DNA from: Candidatus Eiseniibacteriota bacterium
GTDB taxonomy: Bacteria > Eisenbacteria > RBG-16-71-46 > DASYSL01
DNA: 45,975 nt
NCBI GenBank assembly: GCA_031431875.1
Contig: JANPEF010000085.1
Span: 1-45,975 of the forward strand
Direction: 5' to 3'
In this document: positions 39,670 through 45,975 of the stretch, piece after piece
How the letters are laid out: each line of letters starts with the position of its first letter
How positions within the stretch are numbered: position 1 is the first letter of the stretch
Made by a program: the position numbers and the translations under genes
Notes under the pieces: model-generated
Told to the model about the DNA's origin: nothing
Database searches by the model: none
The model's input: only the letters and a program-made list of their open reading frames with translations

Positions 39670-40943
39670 ACGTCGTGCATCCGGTGATCGTCGTGGGCGC
39701 CGGAGCGGCCGGGTTGATGGCCGCGATCGCGGCCGCGAAGCACGGCGCGCGCGTCATCCTGCTCGAGGGCACGACGCACGTCGGTACGAAGATTCTCATG
39801 TCCGGCGGCACGCGCTGCAACGTCACCCACGACGTGATCACGCCCGCCGACTACCACGGCGGCTCGCGCAACGTCGTGGCGCGGCTGCTGCGCGAGTTCT
39901 CGCACCTCGACACCCTGCGCTTCTTCGAGGACGAGCTGCACGTGCCGCTCAAGCGCGAGGACACGGGCAAGCTGTTCCCCGTGTCCGACGACGCACAGCA
40001 GGTGGTCGACGCGCTGGTGGCGCACTTGACCGAGCTGGGCGGCTCGATCTGGACGGGTCGCAAGGTCACCTCGATCGAGCGCCTGGCCGACGGCACGTAT
40101 CGCCTCGTCACCGACGTCGCGCCCATCCATGCGCACGCCGTGATCGTCACGACCGGCGGGCTGTCGTTCCCGCGCACCGGTTCCGACGGCACCGGCTACG
40201 GGCTCGTCCAATCGCTCGGCCACACGCTCACGCGCACCTCGCCCGCGCTCACGCCGCTCGTGGCGTACAGCGGCGGCATGCACGAGCGCCTGCGCGGCGT
40301 CACGCTGCCCGTGGCGTTGACGGTGCTCACCGGCGCGAACCGCAAGCGCTTCTGGCAGGGCGCAGGCTCGTTCCTGTTCACGCACTTCGGCTACAGCGGA
40401 CCCGTCGCGCTGGATGCGAGCCGTCACTTTGCGCGCGAGTCGTGGGACGGACCGGTCGCCGTGATCGCCAACTTCCTCCCCGAGGTCACGAGCGAGGCGT
40501 TCGAACGCGAGCTCATGCTCGCCATCGAGCACGAGCCACGGCGCACGCTGCCGGCGCTCCTGCGCGGTCGCATTCCCGAAAGCCTCGTCGGCGAGTTGCT
40601 GGCGCTCGTCGAGATCGAGCCGGAGCGCCCGCTGTCACGGATCTCGCGTGACGAACGCCGCGCGATCGTCGCGGCGGTGACCGCACACGAGCTGCCCGTG
40701 CTCGAGGTGATGGGCTACCGCAAGGCCGAGGTCACCGCCGGCGGCGTGCCCGTCTCGGAAGTGGACCCCCGCACACTCGAGTCCCGCCTGTCCCCGGGCT
40801 TCTTCCTGGCAGGGGAGATCCTCGACGTCGACGGGCGATTGGGGGGTTATAACTTCCAGTGGGCGTGGTCGACTGGGTGGGTGGCCGGGAAAGCGGCGGC
40901 AGCTCGTTCAGCGACCGAGACGTCGACGGCGCCTTCGCCGTAG
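39666..40943 (+). CDS. HI0933/BaiN/YhiN family FAD-dependent oxidoreductase
   Basis: VGAGAAG, KILMSGGTRCNVT, GKLFP, TGG.SFP.TGSDG.GY, LFTHFGYSGP, VTAGGV, GEILDVDG.LGGYNFQWAWSTG. Confidence 0.95.
   Translation: MNVVHPVIVVGAGAAGLMAAIAAAKHGARVILLEGTTHVGTKILMSGGTRCNVTHDVITPADYHGGSRNVVARLLREFSHLDTLRFFEDELHVPLKREDTGKLFPVSDDAQQVVDALVAHLTELGGSIWTGRKVTSIERLADGTYRLVTDVAPIHAHAVIVTTGGLSFPRTGSDGTGYGLVQSLGHTLTRTSPALTPLVAYSGGMHERLRGVTLPVALTVLTGANRKRFWQGAGSFLFTHFGYSGPVALDASRHFARESWDGPVAVIANFLPEVTSEAFERELMLAIEHEPRRTLPALLRGRIPESLVGELLALVEIEPERPLSRISRDERRAIVAAVTAHELPVLEVMGYRKAEVTAGGVPVSEVDPRTLESRLSPGFFLAGEILDVDGRLGGYNFQWAWSTGWVAGKAAAARSATETSTAPSP
40845..40900 (+). repeat. Direct repeat copy 1 (in-gene 3' end of the HI0933 gene)
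   Basis: Core TTCCAGTGGGCGTGGTCGAC at 40854-40873. Confidence 0.95.
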
Positions 40944-40974
40944 CGCGCGCCTGAACTCCTCGTGACCCCGAATC

Positions 40975-41304
40975 TCACAGCGGCTTCCCGGTTCGCCGCG
41001 GGCGAGTCCGCAACTGGTTCACTCCACGGCAAAGCTCCGCATCCGCATCCGCCAGTCGTCGCGCGAGACTGCGGACTTCAATCACCGCGAAGAATCCCGG
41101 GTTGATCGAATAGACGCGTGTGCGGCCCACGGATCGACCTGCGATCAGGCCATCGAGCTCAAGGGAGCGGATCGCCTTCTGGACGACAGAAAGGCTGGAT
41201 CCGAGGAGGCGGGCAAGCTCCCGCGGGTAGCTCTCTCCCCGGAGTTCGAGCGCCAGGAGCACGCGGGTTCGGGTCCGGCTGCCAAACGGGCTGGATTTCG
41301 TCGT
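40975..41304 (-). CDS. Winged helix-turn-helix protein (start ACG 41304 or GTG 41262)
   Basis: PFGSRTRTRVLLAL..RGESYPRELARLL....SVVQKAIRSLE.DGLI....VGRTRVY. Confidence 0.8.
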   Translation of the reverse strand, partial: TTKSSPFGSRTRTRVLLALELRGESYPRELARLLGSSLSVVQKAIRSLELDGLIAGRSVGRTRVYSINPGFFAVIEVRSLARRLADADAELCRGVNQLRTRPRRTGKPL

Positions 41305-41308
41305 GACC

Positions 41309-41338
41309 TTTATAGGAGGTCATATGACCGCTTGTCGA
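41309..41338 (-). promoter_or_regulatory. Promoter with palindromic operator for the wHTH gene
   Basis: TCGACA-N18-TATAAA on the minus strand; perfect palindrome GGTCATATGACC at 41318-41329. Confidence 0.6.
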
Positions 41339-41410
41339 GGTACTCGTCAAGGGCCCGTAAGAGCGTCTTCGGGGCCAGCCTCCGGCTCGAAGTCTCGACA
41401 CGAACCCGAC

Positions 41411-41473
41411 GGATACAACTTCCAGTGGGCGTGGTCGACGGGATGGGTGGCGGGGAGGAGCGCGATGCGTTGA
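41411..41473 (+). repeat. Direct repeat copy 2 (displaced HI0933 3' end)
   Basis: Encodes GYNFQWAWSTGWVAGRSAMR-stop; core at 41420-41439. Confidence 0.93.
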
Positions 41474-41600
41474 GTCGGGCCGTGGCCGTCCGCTACCGCG
41501 GATGGCCGTGACACCGCAAGCTGCCGAAGTCCGACATCTCGTGCGGTGGAACCGAGACGCGAGTCCGTGCCGCGGGACCGGAACCCAATGACGCTTTCCC

Positions 41601-41629
41601 TTGCAATGAGACTGACCGGTCTATACCAT
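41601..41629 (+). promoter_or_regulatory. Promoter with TetR operator (leaderless)
   Basis: TTGCAA-N17-TACCAT enclosing GAGACTGACCGGTCTA; GTG follows 7 bp later. Confidence 0.65.
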
Positions 41630-41636
41630 TCAGGCC

Positions 41637-42227
41637 GTGAGCCAGGTCCGCGAACGAATCCTCGACGTTGCCTCCGACCTCTTCTACCGCCACGGAATCA
41701 AGGCAGTGGGAGTCGACGCGATCATTTCCCAGGCCGACGTGGCGCGCATGAGCTTCTACCGCCATTTCCGCTCCAAGGACGGGCTGGTTGTGGCTTATCT
41801 GGAGCGGCGCGACGAGGCGACTCGGGTCTGGTTCGAGAAGCAAGTACGCCGGCTCGCGCCGAATCCCCGCGACCGTCCGCTAGTGGTTTTCGACGCGCTG
41901 GCGTTGCGTTTCAGATCCAAGGGGTACCGGGGCTGCGGCTTCATCAACGCGATTGCCGAGGTTGCAGACCCCGCGAGCGACGCGCACGGCGCCGCGGCGG
42001 CGCACAAGCGGCGCTTCCAGAGCTGGCTCGCCACGCTCTTGCGCGAAGCGGAGCTGGACGAGATCTTCGCGGCAGACCTCCTCCTCCTGTTCGAGGGCGC
42101 GACGGCCGTCTCCGTTCGCCAGGGAACAGCCGAGCCTGCGCTCCGGGCCAAGCGGATCGCTGCCCTCTTGCTCGGCACTCTCGAGCCCCGCCGAGTCCAG
42201 AGACGCCCAAGCACGCCTCGTCGCTAG
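41637..42227 (+). CDS. TetR-family regulator
   Basis: RERILDVA..LFYRHGI.AVGVD, FYRHFRSKD, RGCGFIN. Confidence 0.92.
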   Translation: MSQVRERILDVASDLFYRHGIKAVGVDAIISQADVARMSFYRHFRSKDGLVVAYLERRDEATRVWFEKQVRRLAPNPRDRPLVVFDALALRFRSKGYRGCGFINAIAEVADPASDAHGAAAAHKRRFQSWLATLLREAELDEIFAADLLLLFEGATAVSVRQGTAEPALRAKRIAALLLGTLEPRRVQRRPSTPRR

Positions 42228-42249
42228 ACCGCCACCTCCCGGAGACCCC

Positions 42250-43479
42250 GTGGCCGCACACGAATCTATCGCGGTTTCCGCTTCCGACGGATCGACGGCG
42301 ATCCCGAACGAGCTGCGCCCCGTCGCGCCATCGGAACGGCGTCTCGAACTGGACGTCTTGCGCGGCGTCGCGCTCTTCGGAGTGCTCCTCGTCAACATCG
42401 CCGTGTTCAGCGGCTCGGACCTGGCGCTCGAGCAGAAGCTACCCTCTCCCTGGGGCTGGGGCGGCGCATGGCCCAGCTATCTGCGGAGCGCGCTGATCGA
42501 GAGCAAGGCCGCCGCCCTCCTTGCAATGCTGTTCGGAGCCGGCCTGGTGATCCAGTGCGAGCGCGTCATGCGGCGAGGCCGCTCTTACGTCGGCTTCGCG
42601 TTCCGCCGCTCGAGCGCGCTCGCGCTGATCGGGCTCGCTCACACGCTCCTGCTGTGGAACGGCGACATCCTGCTCGACTACGCGGTGATCAGCCTTCTGC
42701 TGATCCCGTTCCTCAGCCTGCGCGCCTCGCGGATTCTGTGGGCGATCCCGGCACTCATTGCGGCGACCATCGTCCTGACGGTGCCCTTCCTGCACCTGGC
42801 CGAGTCAGGGCTCTCCTATCCCATGCAGTTGCAACACTACGGTGCCGGTTCCTGGGTGGACGCGCTCCGATTTCGGGCGTGGGAGTTCGTCCACGCCATG
42901 GGCCCGATGCGGGCGGCGAACCGGCTGCCGATCCTTTCACCGTTCTTCGTCCTCGGGGCCTATTTTTGGAAGACGGGGTATCTTTCCGAGCCGACGAAGC
43001 ATCGCGGTGCCCTCGTGCGGATCCTCGCCGTCTGTTCGCTGATCGGACTGTTCGCGAACGTCGTCCCGTGGGAGAACCTCGGCGGCTGGCTGACCGTGCA
43101 CATTCCATTTCGGCCGCTGAGAATCCTGATCAAGCTGGTGTGCTTCCTCGGTCGCCCTTTGCTCGCTCTCGGCTACGCCGCCGGGATCCTGCTCCTGCTC
43201 CAGCGACCCGGGTGGCGGCGCGCCCTCGCCCACATCGCACCCCTCGGACGAATGGCGCTGACCCAGTACTTACTCCAGTCCGTGGTGTGCACGCTGGTCT
43301 TCAATGGCTACGGGCTCGGCCTCTTTGGCAAGGTCTCGATCAACGCCTGCATCCTCGGTACGATCGCGTTCTTCCCCCTTCAGGTGTGGAGCAGCGAGTG
43401 GTGGTTAGCGCGGTTCCGGATGGGGCCGGCGGAGTGGTTGTGGCGCCGGATGGTGTATGGGGGAGCACGCCACGAATAG
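42250..43479 (+). CDS. DUF418/YeiB family membrane protein
   Basis: LDVLRGVALFGVLLVN, LFGAG, GDILLDY, GRMALTQYLLQS, GPAEWLWR; GTG after GGAG. Confidence 0.9.
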   Translation: MAAHESIAVSASDGSTAIPNELRPVAPSERRLELDVLRGVALFGVLLVNIAVFSGSDLALEQKLPSPWGWGGAWPSYLRSALIESKAAALLAMLFGAGLVIQCERVMRRGRSYVGFAFRRSSALALIGLAHTLLLWNGDILLDYAVISLLLIPFLSLRASRILWAIPALIAATIVLTVPFLHLAESGLSYPMQLQHYGAGSWVDALRFRAWEFVHAMGPMRAANRLPILSPFFVLGAYFWKTGYLSEPTKHRGALVRILAVCSLIGLFANVVPWENLGGWLTVHIPFRPLRILIKLVCFLGRPLLALGYAAGILLLLQRPGWRRALAHIAPLGRMALTQYLLQSVVCTLVFNGYGLGLFGKVSINACILGTIAFFPLQVWSSEWWLARFRMGPAEWLWRRMVYGGARHE

Positions 43480-43507
43480 GCTGACCTGTCCCTCCCCGGG
43501 GCTCGCG

Positions 43508-43591
43508 CACAAGTTCCAGTGGGCGTGGTCGACGGGGTGGGTGGCGGGGAAGGCGGCGGCGGATGAGAAGGATGCGAGACCCGAGGTCTAG
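43508..43591 (+). repeat. Direct repeat copy 3 (displaced HI0933 3' end)
   Basis: Encodes HKFQWAWSTGWVAGKAAADEKDARPEV-stop; core at 43514-43533. Confidence 0.93.
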
Positions 43592-43626
43592 GAAACCGCT
43601 GCTCTATCCACCTGAGCTACGGGGGC
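43578..43626 (-). pseudogene. tRNA-Arg(CCT) 5' fragment / pseudo-tRNA
   Basis: GCCCCCG TA GCTC AGGTGGATA GAGC A GCGGT TT CCT AG ACCTC GGGTC; T-arm and 3' acceptor strand missing. Confidence 0.85.
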
Positions 43627-43809
43627 ACGGGCGAGCGACTCTAGTGCATCACTCGGGAGGCCGACTCTCGCGCCCACGCGCTCGCGCAACTCGAGCGACT
43701 CGTTCTCCGAGTCGAACCCCGAACCACGGAGTGTTCCGGCCGGGGCCGGAATGATCCACCTCGTTGTCCAACGCCGGCGCCAGTTCGCGCCGTTACTCGT
43801 CTACTCATC

Positions 43810-45558
43810 TCACTCGAGCACCACCATTCGTCGCGCGGCCACTTCCCCGCCCGCGCGGATTAGTACGAGGTAGATTCCTGCCGGCACGCGGCGGAGCTGC
43901 TCGTTCCGACCGTCCCATCGCAGGATCTGGCGCCCAGCTGAGACCTCGCCGTCCGGCATCAGCGACCGGACTCGACGGCCCGCAGCGTCGAAAACCTCCG
44001 CCGACGCGTGGGCCCGAGACGGCAGATCGAAGTCAATCGTGACAGGTTCGCCCTGAGAGGGACTGGGATACGGTGCGAGCAGCCGGAGACCGGCCGCCGC
44101 CCTCGGAGCGGGAACATCCGCGACACCGCCGGAGGCGTACACCCGAGAAGCGTAGATATCGAAGTTCCCGACACGAGCGTCGGACCAGGATACGATCGCT
44201 CCGCCCGCGCCATCACCGATGATGTACGGGGTGTCCTGCTGGTTGCCCGCCTGACACAACGCCTTTCCGTCGGTAGGCCAGGCGGGGTCCAGGACGCCCG
44301 AGGCCAGCGCGTGCTGGGCGTAGACGTCGACGCTGGTCCCGCTGCGGACGTCCTGCCACGTTGCGATCATCCCGCCATTGCCATCGGCGACGATCTGGAC
44401 GTAGGACTGGTGGCTCGCGGCGGTACACACACCGGTGCCGTCCGCTGGCCAAGCCGGGTCCACCCCGCCCGACGCCAGCACGTGCTGCGCGTAGATGTCC
44501 AAGTCGAAACCCCGCTGGTCGTGCCACGCGACGATTGCGCCGCCCGACCCGTCCGTCACGATCTGGGGGACGCCCTGCGGACTCCCGGCGGTGCAGAGCG
44601 CCTGGCCATCCACCGGCCAGAGCGGATCCACAGTCCCCGAGGCCAGTACGCGCTGGGCGTAGATGTCGAAACCTGTAGCCGCGCGGCTGTCCTTCCAGGT
44701 GATGATCGCTCCGCCCGACCCATCGGTCACGATCGCCGGATCGAGCTGGATGAGCGGGGCCGTGCACACCGCCACTCCGTCCACCGGCCACAGCTCGTCC
44801 ACCGTCCCGGTCACGAGGACGTGCTGCGCGTAGATGTGGTAGTTCGAGCCGCGACCGTCGTACCAGGTGACGATGGCGCCACCCGCGCCGTCCGATGCGA
44901 TCCGGGGGCCCCCCTGATCGTTCTCGGCCAGGCACAGAGCCCGGCCGTCCACCGGCCAGACGGGATCCACCGCGCCGGAGGCCAGAACGTGCTGGGCATA
45001 GATGTCGTAGTTGGGGGAGTCGGCACGCACATCGTTCCAGGTGACGATGGCGCCGCCCGCCCCGTCGCCGACGAGTTGCGGATAGAACTGGTCGTTCGCG
45101 GCCGTACAGAGGGCGCGACCATTCGCCGGCCAGGCAGGATCCACGGCCCCGGAGGCCAGCACGTGCTGGGCGTAGATGTCGAAGCCGACGTTACCGCGAG
45201 CGTCCTGCCACGTGACGATCGCGCCGCCTGCTCCGTCGCTGACGATTTCCGGATTGGTCTGCTGGCTCCCCGCGACCGCGCACAGGGCGCGGCCGTCGGC
45301 CGGCCAGGCCGGATCCACCTCGCCGGAGGCGAGCACGTGCTGGGCGTAGATGTCCGGGGCGTTGCCGTCGCGCAGGTCCTGCCACGTGATGATGGTGCCG
45401 CCTGCGCCGTCCGATACCACCCTCGGGTTGACCTGATTGTTCTCCGCGGTGCACACCGGGCCGCCATCGATTTGCCACTGGGCCCGGACGGTCGTGGCGG
45501 AGGTGGCGAGGAGAGACGGAAGAAGAACAAACCAGAGCAGCATGCGATGCGGGCGCAA
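43810..45558 (-). CDS. Secreted repeat protein (8 repeats of about 57 aa, probable beta-propeller) with C-terminal FlgD-Ig-like domain
   Basis: TTG 45558 after GAGGAGG (or ATG 45543); signal ending VRA; repeats C.A..Q..P....DG.GGAI..W.D.R....DIYAQ; C-terminal P.P..., FDAAGRRVR.L, WDGR...G.Y. Confidence 0.88.
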   Translation of the reverse strand: MRPHRMLLWFVLLPSLLATSATTVRAQWQIDGGPVCTAENNQVNPRVVSDGAGGTIITWQDLRDGNAPDIYAQHVLASGEVDPAWPADGRALCAVAGSQQTNPEIVSDGAGGAIVTWQDARGNVGFDIYAQHVLASGAVDPAWPANGRALCTAANDQFYPQLVGDGAGGAIVTWNDVRADSPNYDIYAQHVLASGAVDPVWPVDGRALCLAENDQGGPRIASDGAGGAIVTWYDGRGSNYHIYAQHVLVTGTVDELWPVDGVAVCTAPLIQLDPAIVTDGSGGAIITWKDSRAATGFDIYAQRVLASGTVDPLWPVDGQALCTAGSPQGVPQIVTDGSGGAIVAWHDQRGFDLDIYAQHVLASGGVDPAWPADGTGVCTAASHQSYVQIVADGNGGMIATWQDVRSGTSVDVYAQHALASGVLDPAWPTDGKALCQAGNQQDTPYIIGDGAGGAIVSWSDARVGNFDIYASRVYASGGVADVPAPRAAAGLRLLAPYPSPSQGEPVTIDFDLPSRAHASAEVFDAAGRRVRSLMPDGEVSAGRQILRWDGRNEQLRRVPAGIYLVLIRAGGEVAARRMVVLE

Positions 45559-45756
45559 GGTGACCTCCTCGTAGTCTCTCCGGCCCAGGTCCAGGGCGCC
45601 CGGGTCATGCCAGGCAAGCGGCCCGCCCCGCCAGCGCGAACACTTTAGCACGGCGGACAGCGGCAAATACGAGGAATGACCCCCTCGAGTGCCGGCGCTG
45701 CATGCTGTTGCTAGGCAGCGTCCGATGGTCCCTGGGTGGAGCTCGCGTACAACTTC

Positions 45757-45975
45757 GGTTGTGCCCGCACGATTGTGTGTAGACCGGGACGGTCCCTTCC
45801 TGGGGCCGTCCTGCTTCGTTTTTTCGCGAGTGCACTACACCGCGTACTTCCGTCGATGCTCTCTCCACCGTGAAATCGTCCGGCTCGGCACCCGCCCCCA
45901 GTAGTAGTCGGCCCACGGCTCGGACAGCGCGAGCCGGCTCGGGAAGAGTCGCTTTGCGAGCACGTCCTCGACCGC
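45757..45975 (-). mobile_element. Probable right end of an IS1-like insertion sequence
   Basis: GGTTGTG terminus (GGnnnTG pattern) at 45757, hairpin 45787-45811, ORF C-terminus ending at 45835. Confidence 0.4.
45835..45975 (-). CDS. C-terminus of a 5'-truncated gene, possibly an IS1-like transposase
   Basis: Open frame from the window edge: AVEDVLAKRLFPSRLALSEPWADYYWGRVPSRTISRWREHRRKYAV-stop; assignment from recollection of similar proteins only. Confidence 0.5.
   Translation of the reverse strand, partial: AVEDVLAKRLFPSRLALSEPWADYYWGRVPSRTISRWREHRRKYAV

Noticed and set aside
40854..43533. Three direct repeats as a CRISPR array or integron attC sites
   Set aside because: Spacers are 0.5-2 kb and gene-containing. 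The repeats are non-palindromic coding sequence from the HI0933 gene, and there are no cas or intI genes.
43578..43626. tRNA-Arg(CCT) interrupted by a group I intron
   Set aside because: The anticodon stem 3' strand and variable loop follow directly; I found no intron core or downstream 3' exon.
45640..45720. attC-like start (GCCTAGCAACAGCATGCAGC) on the minus strand
   Set aside because: No matching complementary arm or GTTRRRY end was found; at most a degenerate remnant.

Overview
High-GC bacterial chromosomal window. The Hanks-type kinase, sigma54 activator, Tat/lipoprotein signals and FlgD-Ig-tailed repeat protein suggest a diderm such as Candidatus Eisenbacteria or a relative (inference). 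Most of it is ordinary accessory and housekeeping content: Eis-like GNAT, RecB/Cas4-like nuclease, WecA and GT2, ErpA/IscA, TldD/TldE, arginase, DinB/RidA cluster, APC-USP transporter, two ECF sigma factors, FolE, photolyase, acyl-CoA dehydrogenase, an SPFH/RHH/NatAB operon and a HI0933 flavoprotein. Two loci stand out. (1) 13266-16688: tandem palindromic enhancer-like sites and a -24/-12 sigma54 promoter precede four small secreted proteins (signal peptide, amphipathic helix, Pro-rich tail), which converge on a GAF-AAA+ sigma54 activator. A Tat-signal TldD/TldE pair lies nearby. (2) 40845-43626: the 3' end of the HI0933 gene occurs three times with wobble-position differences, bracketing small integrase-free cargo cassettes and ending in a decayed tRNA-Arg(CCT). 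Also present are a second sigma54-driven micro-lipoprotein, a decayed antitoxin/nucleotidyltransferase pair, a 114-bp palindrome and a probable IS1-like end. Family names come from motif recognition only; no database searches were run.
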